From the NCBI GenBank assembly GCA_913056515.1, contig CAJXMP010000001.1, positions 1 through 59,415 of the forward strand: DNA of 59,415 nt, in the 5' to 3' direction. Each line of letters opens with the position of its first letter. Within the stretch, counting starts at the first letter, position 1. This DNA comes from an uncultured Lewinella sp. (GTDB lineage: Bacteria > Bacteroidota > Bacteroidia > Chitinophagales > Saprospiraceae). The translations under genes and the position numbers were made by a program. Below the pieces are notes generated by a model. That model searched no databases and had not been told where the DNA came from. It was given only the letters and a program-made list of their open reading frames with translations. This document shows, piece by piece, positions 10,352 through 19,015 of this stretch.

Positions 10352-10359
10352 CAAATTTA
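10352..10359 (-). promoter_or_regulatory. Candidate -7 promoter box (TAAATTTG) on the minus strand
   Basis: Exact TAnnTTTG match about 85 nt upstream (minus-strand sense) of the orphan terminator. The motif is short, so chance is possible. Confidence 0.3.
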
Positions 10360-10363
10360 GATT

Positions 10364-10398
10364 AATTCGATTAAATTGAAAATCAAAATTCGATAAAT
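10364..10398. repeat. Direct repeat AATTCGAT(T)AAAT x2, 23 bp start to start
   Basis: 10364..10376 aattcgattaaat and 10387..10398 aattcgataaat: 8 nt identical, then 4 nt with a 1-nt indel. Located 106-140 bp upstream of the kinase/LytTR operon. Confidence 0.6.
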
Positions 10399-10503
10399 GG
10401 CCCGCTTTAAGGTTTTTTTGTAAGCCTTAAAATCATCTTTGAAAAGCTACTCCAATCTCTTAGACAATTGCCCCTGTTGTATTGATTCAACTAGCTAAAT
10501 TAA

Positions 10504-12915
10504 ATGGACTTAACCAAAGGCAAGGCAGAAAATGATTGGAATGGACTAGTTCCACCCAATACTAATGACACTTTAGCAAGTCAGTTTGCTACTGCTATGT
10601 CTCCTGATATGGTTAAGCCTTTTCTACATTATTTAGAAGTTTTTGATAGTGGATTTATTTCAGAGGTCGAAGGCACAGGAATACATTATTGCAATTCCGC
10701 ATTCTTTAATCTATTCAAAATTGATGTCAAAGATGTCAATGATCTTTTAAATACTTCCATTTTTGAACTCTTTAAATCCCTTCCATCAGGAAAGCATTTA
10801 ATGAATGAAATACCTGGGCTTGATCCAAGTAATTACCAGGAAATCACCACTCCTAAAAAGAAGAAATTTAAGCTGAGAAACCATCTGACTATACAGGTTA
10901 AGTATTTCCCTGTTGTGGAGGAAGGAAAATTAGTTTCAAGATTCTGGCTCTTTGATGATATCACCATTCAGACCCTTACGGAGTTCACTATGTCCGAGCG
11001 GGAGGAAAAGTATAGAGGTATTTTAGAGAATATGGAACTCGGAATCCTAGAAGTAGACAATAATGGCCACGTTGTTCGTGCATATGATCGATTCTGTTCC
11101 ATGACAGGATATTCTCAAGAAGAATTATTAGGAAAAGATGCATTAGAGTTATTGGTTGAGGAGGATGAACGCCATATTCTTCAGCAACAAACTGCAGATA
11201 GAGCTAAAGGAAAGGCTTCTGTATATGAAATAGGGATAATCAAGAAGAATGGGGAGAAAATTTGGGTGTTAATATCTGGTGCTCCAATTATGGATTCTAA
11301 TCAAAAAATTGTTGGAACCATTGGATTGCACTATGATATAACCGATCGGAAGCGATCAGTAGTTGAATTAGAAAAAGCAAAGGTAGAAGCAGAAGCTGCA
11401 AAAGAAGCTGAGAAGCAATTTTTGGCTAATGTTAGTCACGAAATGCGAACGCCATTGAACGCCATTTTAGGAATGACCAATTTGTTGAATGGTACCAATC
11501 TCAATCTGGAGCAACGAGAATATCTAGAAATGTTAGATAGCTCATCCAATATGTTGCATAGTTTGATTACAGACATTCTAGATATATCTAAAATTGATGC
11601 GGGTGAGGTAAGAGTGAACAAATCACCTTTTGACTTGATTAAGATTCTAACTACTATGGTGAGAACTTTTTCATTAAGAATGGAGAGTAAGCCAGTTGAA
11701 GTCAGATTTGTTCAGCCCGATTTGAAAGATTTCTGGGTAAATGGTGATTTGCTTTTGTTCAGACAGATACTTAATAATCTAATTGGTAATGCATGCAAAT
11801 TCACTAAAAAGGGTAGTGTTACCTTGGAGTTGAGACTACAACTTCTATCTGATTCAACCGTAAAAGTTTGTATTGATGTAATAGATACAGGCATTGGGAT
11901 AGCTGATGAGGAGCAGCAATTGATATTTCAAAAATTCAAGCAAGCATCTAATAATAAAGAGAAGCACTATAGTGGTACTGGGCTAGGATTAGTGATTACC
12001 AAAAAATTAGTTGAGCTCCAAAATGGAACTATTCAGCTCAAGAGTCGATTAAATGAAGGGAGTACTTTTAGTATTCACATACCATTTGAAAGGTGTGATA
12101 AAATAGCCGAAATTGAGGAACAAGAAATTGATGTAAGTAGTATTGGAGAATCAAAAATATTGATTGTAGAAGATAACTATTTAAATCAGCGGTATATCAC
12201 CACTTTGATGAAAAAATGGTCCATAGACTATGAACTTGCAAAAGATGGATTGGTGGCAGTTGACTTATGTAAAAAGGAAAAATTTGACTTAGTTCTTATG
12301 GATGTGAACATGCCTAAACTAGACGGGTTTGAGGCAAGTCGTAAGATTTTAGGTTCGTGCAAGTATAACAAAAGTACGCCTATTGTAGCACTAACTGCAT
12401 CAGGTTTAAAACATACCAAAGTTGAAACAGAAAGGGTTGGTATGGTTGATTTCTTGCTTAAACCTTTACATCCTGAAGATCTGAAGAAAATTCTTGTTAA
12501 ATACTGCCCAAAGCGAGCAGTACCAAAATCAGATATGGAAAGATTTATTTTTGATAGTTCATTAGATTCCAGTTATTTAGATAGTATTTTTGATGGAGAC
12601 GTTGATTATGCGAAGGAGATGTTTGAGATCTTCTTTGAATCAACTGCTATTGAATTTAAAGAAATTGAACCTTATTTTGAAAATAATGATTATGGCGCAG
12701 CTAAAAGTCTAGTACATAAATTAAAACCTTCCTTCCACATGGTCGGATTGACAAGGATTGGAGGATTGATGGATGAGCTAGAAAGACAGTTGCAAGACCC
12801 AGATAATAATGAATCGTCTCGATTACTTTTTAATAAAATTCAAGAAATGTATGCCAGTGCTGAATCTGTCCTTAAAAGAGATTTAGAACGCATGCAGGAC
12901 TTTCTGACTAAATAG
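10504..12915 (+). CDS. Hybrid sensor histidine kinase (PAS - HisKA - HATPase_c - REC - HPt), no TM segments
   Basis: H-box SHEMRTPLN, G2 box GTGLGL, receiver DLVLMDVNMPKLDG, and C-terminal HPt-like VHKLKPSFHMVGL. PAS-like region with YDITDRK. Confidence 0.9.
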   Translation: MDLTKGKAENDWNGLVPPNTNDTLASQFATAMSPDMVKPFLHYLEVFDSGFISEVEGTGIHYCNSAFFNLFKIDVKDVNDLLNTSIFELFKSLPSGKHLMNEIPGLDPSNYQEITTPKKKKFKLRNHLTIQVKYFPVVEEGKLVSRFWLFDDITIQTLTEFTMSEREEKYRGILENMELGILEVDNNGHVVRAYDRFCSMTGYSQEELLGKDALELLVEEDERHILQQQTADRAKGKASVYEIGIIKKNGEKIWVLISGAPIMDSNQKIVGTIGLHYDITDRKRSVVELEKAKVEAEAAKEAEKQFLANVSHEMRTPLNAILGMTNLLNGTNLNLEQREYLEMLDSSSNMLHSLITDILDISKIDAGEVRVNKSPFDLIKILTTMVRTFSLRMESKPVEVRFVQPDLKDFWVNGDLLLFRQILNNLIGNACKFTKKGSVTLELRLQLLSDSTVKVCIDVIDTGIGIADEEQQLIFQKFKQASNNKEKHYSGTGLGLVITKKLVELQNGTIQLKSRLNEGSTFSIHIPFERCDKIAEIEEQEIDVSSIGESKILIVEDNYLNQRYITTLMKKWSIDYELAKDGLVAVDLCKKEKFDLVLMDVNMPKLDGFEASRKILGSCKYNKSTPIVALTASGLKHTKVETERVGMVDFLLKPLHPEDLKKILVKYCPKRAVPKSDMERFIFDSSLDSSYLDSIFDGDVDYAKEMFEIFFESTAIEFKEIEPYFENNDYGAAKSLVHKLKPSFHMVGLTRIGGLMDELERQLQDPDNNESSRLLFNKIQEMYASAESVLKRDLERMQDFLTK

Positions 12916-12923
12916 ATTATAAA

Positions 12924-13625
12924 TTGAGAAGCTCCAAGTTAACATGCATGATTGTGGAAGATGATCTTATGGCAAGAAAATCTTTAGAAAAATTATGCGA
13001 AAAAGTAGATTATTTAAGCCTGAAGTGGTCCGTTGAAAGTGGCCAAGAGGGATTGGATATTTTGAAAAGTGAAGTACCAGATTTGATCTTTCTAGATGTG
13101 GAAATGCCTGGAATGAGCGGCTTTGACTTTTTAGATAAAGCAGCTAATATCAAACAGGTTATATTTACTACTGGTAAAGAACAGAATGCAGTTGAAGCAT
13201 TTCGATATCGTGCAACAGATTTCTTAGTGAAACCCGTTGATCGAAAATTATTCATATCAGCAGTCGAAAAAGCGCTTGAAAATCATAATCTAAATTTCCT
13301 TTACCAAAACCATGCTAATTGCGTGTATATCAAAGAGAATGGAAAATATATCCGAATTGGATATGATGATATTCTGTACTTTGAAAATGAAGGGGATTAC
13401 ATCAAGGTTTTCATGAATGGAGGGTCTCATTTATTCCACGGAACCTTACGAAATATAGCTACCAAGCTTACAGATCCTAGGTTCCTGAAAGTACACCGTA
13501 CTTATATTGTAAACCTAGACAAAATAGTAGATATAGAAGAGAATACATTAGTAATTGGGCGGAAGGTGATACCTATTAGTCGCGCTAATAAGCCTATTCT
13601 TATGAATCGATTGAATATTCTATAA
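12924..13625 (+). CDS. LytR/AlgR-family response regulator (REC + LytTR DNA-binding domain)
   Basis: Receiver DLIFLDVEMPGMSG. LytTR C-terminus (...FLKVHRTYIVNLDKI...). The TTG start at 12924 may really be the ATG at 12948 (MIVEDDL). Confidence 0.88.
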   Translation: MRSSKLTCMIVEDDLMARKSLEKLCEKVDYLSLKWSVESGQEGLDILKSEVPDLIFLDVEMPGMSGFDFLDKAANIKQVIFTTGKEQNAVEAFRYRATDFLVKPVDRKLFISAVEKALENHNLNFLYQNHANCVYIKENGKYIRIGYDDILYFENEGDYIKVFMNGGSHLFHGTLRNIATKLTDPRFLKVHRTYIVNLDKIVDIEENTLVIGRKVIPISRANKPILMNRLNIL

Positions 13626-13628
13626 GTC

Positions 13629-13654
13629 AAAAAACTGATATATCTGCAGTTTTT
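13629..13654 (+). terminator. Weak AT-rich hairpin plus T-run after the LytTR gene
   Basis: AAAACTG / CAGTTTT stem with a 9-nt loop, followed by T residues. Confidence 0.3.
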
Positions 13655-13729
13655 ATATATAATTTTTCCTTTTATCGAAAATGTGTCTTTTAATAATAAA
13701 AAAAGATCAATTTAAAGGAAATAATATGT

Positions 13730-14104
13730 ATGAAAACTATTCTAGTGGCGGAGGACCATCCTATGATCCTCAAGTCTGTTGAACAATCACTTTCAAAAGC
13801 AGGGTATCAGGTGTGTTCTGCTCCCAATGGAATAAAAGCAATAGAACTTTTCCAAACCAATAAATTGGATGCAATAATAACAGACCTAATGATGCCTGAA
13901 GCATCTGGTATTGATCTTATTACACATGTACGGGCCATTGGTTCGGATATACCTATTTTGGTTTTATCTACCGTTAGCAACGAAACAGTAATCGTTGAAG
14001 CCTTCCGTGTAGGAGCGGATGACTATTTAAGAAAGCCATTTATTCCTAAAGATTTATTGCAGCGATTAGAGCACATTATTAGTACTAATGAAATAAGCAT
14101 ATAG
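13730..14104 (+). CDS. Single-domain response regulator (CheY-like receiver)
   Basis: 124 aa, with DAIITDLMMPEASG and the rest of a receiver fold. No output domain. Confidence 0.88.
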   Translation: MKTILVAEDHPMILKSVEQSLSKAGYQVCSAPNGIKAIELFQTNKLDAIITDLMMPEASGIDLITHVRAIGSDIPILVLSTVSNETVIVEAFRVGADDYLRKPFIPKDLLQRLEHIISTNEISI

Positions 14105-14129
14105 TAAATCCTTGCTTTGAGTTAAATAA

Positions 14130-17012
14130 TTATGCACTAGGTTTCCGGAGAGCTTCAAAGAAAATCTCTACTGGATGCCAAACTTTTCTTTGCGTTAATT
14201 CTTCCATTTGATGGCAACAACTTACACCCTGTCCAACAATGATCCACTGATCAGACTTTTCTTTTATGCTAGGTATTAATTTGACTTCAGCCATTTTTAC
14301 ACTCATTTCGTAGTTATCTTTTTGATAACCATAACTTCCAGCCATTCCACAGCATGCACTATTTGCCTCTTGGACGATATGGTTTTTTGGGATACTTAAT
14401 GCTTTAAGTATGCTTTCCATGTCACCTAATGCTTTTTCATGACAATGCGTGTGTAATAGTATTTTTCGGTCTAATTGATCGAATACCTCTGCTTCAAATT
14501 CCTGCTTTTCAAAACAATCATTTATGAATGACCCAAAAGAAAAAGCCAATGCTGATAATTGTTGGGTTAAAGCTTTATCCGTTCGATTAATTTTATGGTA
14601 TTCATCCCAAAAGCAACTCAGTACGGAAGGCTCTAAACTAATTATAGGGATGTCTTGAGTAATAAATGGTTCAAGCATTTTAAGATTTTGATTGGCATGT
14701 TTTTCTGCTTCACCAATATATCCCTTGGATAAAAGCGCTCGACCACTTGCCTCCAATGACACTACACGAACTTGATAGCCTATTGCTTGAATGACCTGTT
14801 TAGCTTGTTCAAATAAATGTGGTCGATTAGCTGTATTAAACTCATCTAATAGTAAGACTACCGTTTGCTCCGTTACCTTTTGATCTATCGAATTTCTAAG
14901 TGTTTTACTAGGCTTAAATAGAGGCAAAGTACGCTTTGGATGAATATCAAGTATAGATTTGATTATTCTTCCTCCCACCTTAGATTGGATGATGGTGTTA
15001 CTCAGTTTTGGAAATGCCTTACCTAATTTATTGAATAGATGGATGTGTCCGAAGAAATACCTGGACCAGTTGAAGGACTGTTTTTGATAGAAATGTTCCT
15101 CAAAGACAAGCTTAAGTAGCCCCATATCTACACTTGAAGGACATTCTTTTGCACAGGCTTTACAACTCACGCAGTGTGTTAGAATTTGATGTAAATCCTG
15201 TTCATCAACCTGCACGATTTCGCCCCCAATTGCTTTATGAAACTCTCTAAATGCATTAGCACGCGCCCTAGTGGTCATGATTTCATCATTGGAGGCATGG
15301 TAAGATGGACACATTTGCCCTAAAGCTTCAGGGCCTTTTCTGCAATCACCGGATCCATTACATTTATCGGCTATTTTAAGTACATCTATGCTAGGGGTAA
15401 GGTGATTGGAATGTAGTCTTTGTTTTAGTGGAATTTGGTCTCGAATAGCTTCGTCCATCTTAGGAGCCTGCACAATTTTACCTGGATTGAAAATATTGTG
15501 CTCATCCCAAATCTGCTTAAATGCTTCAAATGCTTGATAGATCGTTGTCCCATAAACAAGCTCTAGGAATTCAGCGCGAACTCTTCCGTCTCCATGCTCA
15601 CCAGATAAGGAACCATTGTACTTTTTAACTAGTTGAGCAACTGCCGTACTGATAGATCTGAAATCACGCTTTCCTTTTGAAGTTCTTAGGTCAAGTATGG
15701 GCCTTAGATGTATTTCACCCGCTCCCGCATGCGCATAATAAACAGCTTCTTGTCCAAAGTGCTTCATGATTTCGGTGAATTCAGAAATAAATTGGGGTAA
15801 TACATCTAATGAGACCGCAGTATCCTCGATACAGGCGACTGCCTTTTTATCTCCACTTAAATTGGCTAGCAAGCCCAAACCAGCCTTTCTCAATTCCCAA
15901 ACTTCACTGCTTTTATTTCCATAAACTTCTGATGTAGCATAGGCCTTACTACCCTCTCGTATAGTTTCAAGGAGATGGGCGGTCTTTTGTTTAAGCTCTT
16001 CTGTTGACTGAGCTCTAATTTCAAGTAAGAGTACAGCTTTTGGATTACCTTGAATAAAAAATCGCTTATCAGCGTATAGTGGACTAGCCTCTGTACAACT
16101 TAAGATGATGTCATCCATCATTTCGCAGGCATTTAGATCATGTTCCATAATAGGTTTGACTGCCTCTAGGCATTCAACTACATCATTAAAATGTGGACAG
16201 ATTAGCGCAACTTCCGGATCGGGCAATGGATCTAATTGTAGGGTAAGTTCCGTACAAATGCCCAAGGTTCCTTCTGAGCCTGCAAAAACATGAACCAATG
16301 CATCTTCTATGGGATTTTGAATCAATTGATCTAATGCATAACCTGAATTTCTTCTGTGAATATCTGGACTAGGGAAGTATTTTGATATGGCTTGGATAAG
16401 CGAGTTGTCTTGGCAAAGCGCCTTGGTTTTATTTATTTTTTCTTGAATAGTACCATTTGTAAATTCAATACCCGATGCAGATAGATGTATTGGATGTCCA
16501 TCATTCGTAAATATCTTTGCGGCGAGGGTCTTGTCTCTAGTTGTTCCATACTTAATAGAGCTTGTGCCACTTGAGTTATTACCATACATTCCACCAATGG
16601 TACAGCGATTTGCAGTGGAGGTATTGGGTCCAAAATGTAAACCACTTGAAGCAATAAGGCGATTAAGTTCATCTCTTACAAGACCGGGTTGAACTTTCAC
16701 CCACCGTTCCGTTGGATTAAACTCAATGATCTTATCAAAATGCCTACTTAAATCAACGATCAAACCCGTTCCAACGCATTGCCCCGCTAATGAGGTTCCA
16801 CCGCCTCTTGGTATGATGCCTATTTTGTTTTTTGAGGCGAATTGGATGATTTTCTGAATATCTGATTCTGTTTTAGGATAGCACACAGCAAGTGGAATTT
16901 CTCTATACACAGAGGCATCTGTTGCATATACAGATCGGTGTAAGGCTGAAGTTTCAACTTCCCCCTCCAGGTCTTCCAAAATTCCTAGACTAGCTTGGTT
17001 TACCATGAACAA
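14130..17012 (-). CDS. FAD-binding oxidase fused to a 4Fe-4S/CCG (GlcD-GlcF-like, YdiJ-type) domain
   Basis: 960 aa. N-terminal FAD_binding_4-like region (IIPRGGGTSLAGQ), central CxxCxxC-type clusters (CVSCKACAKECP), and C-terminal Cys-rich CCG-like region (NSACCGMAGSYG). Confidence 0.8.
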   Translation of the reverse strand: MFMVNQASLGILEDLEGEVETSALHRSVYATDASVYREIPLAVCYPKTESDIQKIIQFASKNKIGIIPRGGGTSLAGQCVGTGLIVDLSRHFDKIIEFNPTERWVKVQPGLVRDELNRLIASSGLHFGPNTSTANRCTIGGMYGNNSSGTSSIKYGTTRDKTLAAKIFTNDGHPIHLSASGIEFTNGTIQEKINKTKALCQDNSLIQAISKYFPSPDIHRRNSGYALDQLIQNPIEDALVHVFAGSEGTLGICTELTLQLDPLPDPEVALICPHFNDVVECLEAVKPIMEHDLNACEMMDDIILSCTEASPLYADKRFFIQGNPKAVLLLEIRAQSTEELKQKTAHLLETIREGSKAYATSEVYGNKSSEVWELRKAGLGLLANLSGDKKAVACIEDTAVSLDVLPQFISEFTEIMKHFGQEAVYYAHAGAGEIHLRPILDLRTSKGKRDFRSISTAVAQLVKKYNGSLSGEHGDGRVRAEFLELVYGTTIYQAFEAFKQIWDEHNIFNPGKIVQAPKMDEAIRDQIPLKQRLHSNHLTPSIDVLKIADKCNGSGDCRKGPEALGQMCPSYHASNDEIMTTRARANAFREFHKAIGGEIVQVDEQDLHQILTHCVSCKACAKECPSSVDMGLLKLVFEEHFYQKQSFNWSRYFFGHIHLFNKLGKAFPKLSNTIIQSKVGGRIIKSILDIHPKRTLPLFKPSKTLRNSIDQKVTEQTVVLLLDEFNTANRPHLFEQAKQVIQAIGYQVRVVSLEASGRALLSKGYIGEAEKHANQNLKMLEPFITQDIPIISLEPSVLSCFWDEYHKINRTDKALTQQLSALAFSFGSFINDCFEKQEFEAEVFDQLDRKILLHTHCHEKALGDMESILKALSIPKNHIVQEANSACCGMAGSYGYQKDNYEMSVKMAEVKLIPSIKEKSDQWIIVGQGVSCCHQMEELTQRKVWHPVEIFFEALRKPSA

Positions 17013-17060
17013 TTCATTATTGGATTCTAAATCTAAGTAGTTTAAGTGTTTAGCAATGCT

Positions 17061-17068
17061 TATTTTTG
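17061..17068 (+). promoter_or_regulatory. -7 promoter box (TATTTTTG) 8 nt upstream of the yjbQ-like ATG
   Basis: Exact TAnnTTTG match. It implies a leaderless or near-leaderless mRNA and argues against the upstream GTG start at 17046. Confidence 0.4.
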
Positions 17069-17075
17069 CTTAAAA

Positions 17076-17486
17076 ATGGTCAAAAATTATAAAATAGAAC
17101 TACCAGCACTAGCTAGAGGTTACCATCTAATTGACCAATATATCAATCAGGCCATACCAAATTGGCCAAATGATGGTTTATTAACCCTGTTCATACAACA
17201 TACATCCGCTGCTATTTGTATTAATGAAAATGCTGATCCTTCTGTTCGAGTGGATTTTGAATTTTTCCTTAATCGAATTGTTCCAGAGAACTTACCAGAG
17301 TTAACCCACACTATGGAAGGACCTGATGATATGCCAGCTCATATTAAGGCAGCCTTGATCGGAAGTAGTATTCAAATTCCGATCATTAATGGCCGCCTAG
17401 CTTTAGGCACTTGGCAGGGGATTTATCTTTGTGAATTTAGAAATAGTGGCGGTCGAAGAAGATTGGTTGCAAACATAACAAGTTGA
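17076..17486 (+). CDS. YjbQ/UPF0047 family protein (secondary thiamine-phosphate synthase enzyme)
   Basis: IQHTSAAICINENADPSVRVDF and HIKAALIGSS motifs. About 136 aa from the ATG at 17076. Confidence 0.85.
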   Translation: MVKNYKIELPALARGYHLIDQYINQAIPNWPNDGLLTLFIQHTSAAICINENADPSVRVDFEFFLNRIVPENLPELTHTMEGPDDMPAHIKAALIGSSIQIPIINGRLALGTWQGIYLCEFRNSGGRRRLVANITS

Positions 17487-18136
17487 TGAACGCATATATT
17501 GAAGGGATATTCTTGGGTTTGGCTTTAAGTGTAATGGTTGGACCATTACTCATTGCCTTGGTGAGTACTAGTTTGGAATATGGGCAGAAAGCAGGCTTAT
17601 TTGTAGCCTTAGGAGTTTGGTTAAGTGATATGACTTGTTTTGGAGTCGCTTACTTTGGTATTGGTAAGTTAGTTGATGTTATTGCCAATCCTAATTTTGA
17701 ATTATATGTCGGTATTGGTGGCGGTATTGTACTCACAATTTTTGGATTGGTTTTTATCCTAGGCGCAAGAAAGCAGATGAAATTGGGGCAATTAAATGTA
17801 GGGCAAGGGGACAAGGATCCTGCTGGTTACATGAACGTGGATAAACCAATGTATGTCCATATGTTCAAAGGTGTTTTGATCAATGCAGTGAATCCATTTA
17901 CTATAATTTTTTGGAGTGGTGTTGCTTCTACTGCTATCACAGACAAAACGGAGAGTGGGGCTTTGTTGTTTTTCTTAGGCATTATGACCGTATTGGTTTT
18001 ATTAGATTCCTTAAAAGTGTTGATGGCAGATCGAGTAAAAAGTAGATTAGAAAGTGGATTTATTCTGAAGTTTCGCTTAGTCTCAGGCGTGGCGTTGATT
18101 TTCTTTGGGGTAGTCATGTTAGTCAGGGTTTTATAA
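17483..18136 (+). CDS. LysE/RhtB family amino-acid exporter
   Basis: 217-aa six-TM protein with a LysE-type N-terminus (GIFLGLALSVMVGPLLIALV). ATGA overlap with the yjbQ-like gene. Confidence 0.75.
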   Translation: MMNAYIEGIFLGLALSVMVGPLLIALVSTSLEYGQKAGLFVALGVWLSDMTCFGVAYFGIGKLVDVIANPNFELYVGIGGGIVLTIFGLVFILGARKQMKLGQLNVGQGDKDPAGYMNVDKPMYVHMFKGVLINAVNPFTIIFWSGVASTAITDKTESGALLFFLGIMTVLVLLDSLKVLMADRVKSRLESGFILKFRLVSGVALIFFGVVMLVRVL

Positions 18137-18140
18137 AAAA

Positions 18141-18159
18141 AAGCTCCACTAGGGAGCTT
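18141..18159. terminator. Bidirectional terminator hairpin between convergent genes
   Basis: AAGCTCC-actag-GGAGCTT, flanked by an A-run on the left and a T-rich run on the right. Confidence 0.6.
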
Positions 18160-18162
18160 CAT

Positions 18163-18891
18163 TTATTTTTTACTAAACAGGTTGTATTTCAAAATACAAT
18201 AGATGGCTCTAAACCCATCTCTCCAACCAATTTTCTTTCCTTCTTCATAGGTCCTCCCGTAATATGAAATACCTACCTCATAGATTCTAATGTTGGGAAT
18301 CCTAGAAATTTTGGCAGTAACCTCTGGTTCAAAACCAAATCTATTTTCTTTTAAGGTTAAACTCTGAATGATTTCAGTTTTAAATAGCTTATAGCAGGTC
18401 TCCATATCCGTTAAGTTCAAATTGGTAAACGCATTGGATAAGAAGGTTAGGAATTTATTACCTATGGAGTGCCAAAAGAATAAAATTCGGTGTGGATTTC
18501 CACCCATAAACCTGGAGCCATATACCACATCTGCAAATCCAGTCAATACAGGTTTCAAAAGGATATTATATTCTTCAGGGTCGTATTCTAAATCCGCATC
18601 CTGGATAATAAGGTAATCTCCTTTTGCTTTTTGAATACCGGTATGAAGCGCAGCTCCTTTTCCCTTATTAACCTCATGTGCGTAGTAAGAGATATTAAGC
18701 TCCGGATGATCTTTCATGTATTTTTTGATTGCTCCATCTGTATCATCCGTGGAACAATCATTAACAAGAATAATCTCTTTTTCCATTCCAGCTGTAAGTT
18801 GAACTGCTGCAACTTTATCTAAAATTAGGTGCAAGGTACGTTCCTCATTATAGGCAGGAATCAATATGGAAAGTGTCATGTTTCTACTCAT
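18163..18891 (-). CDS. Family 2 glycosyltransferase (Dpm1-like)
   Basis: [20 protein letters not shown] and [10 protein letters not shown] motifs of GT-A/GT2 enzymes. Confidence 0.85.
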   Translation of the reverse strand: MSRNMTLSILIPAYNEERTLHLILDKVAAVQLTAGMEKEIILVNDCSTDDTDGAIKKYMKDHPELNISYYAHEVNKGKGAALHTGIQKAKGDYLIIQDADLEYDPEEYNILLKPVLTGFADVVYGSRFMGGNPHRILFFWHSIGNKFLTFLSNAFTNLNLTDMETCYKLFKTEIIQSLTLKENRFGFEPEVTAKISRIPNIRIYEVGISYYGRTYEEGKKIGWRDGFRAIYCILKYNLFSKK

Positions 18892-18911
18892 CGATCAATA
18901 ATTGCGAAGCG

Positions 18912-18919
18912 CAAAGTTA
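18912..18919 (-). promoter_or_regulatory. -7 promoter box (TAACTTTG) upstream of the GT2 gene
   Basis: Exact TAnnTTTG match on the minus strand, 20 nt upstream of the ATG at 18891. Confidence 0.4.
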
Positions 18920-19015
18920 ATAATAATCACCGGCTTACATAAAAAAAGTAAAGAGATGCTAATTAGATACTTTTCTTAAGTATGAGTATGGACAACTTAT
19001 ATTATATCCTTAATA

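Noticed and set aside
13671-13679. The word TTTATCGAA (reverse complement of the direct-repeat core) recurs upstream of the stand-alone receiver gene and at 33881..33889. This hinted at a regulon motif.
   Set aside because: A 9-mer is expected about 0.5 times by chance in 2 x 59 kb. I also saw an 8-mer copy inside coding sequence near position 90. Neither extra copy has a partner at 21-23-bp spacing.
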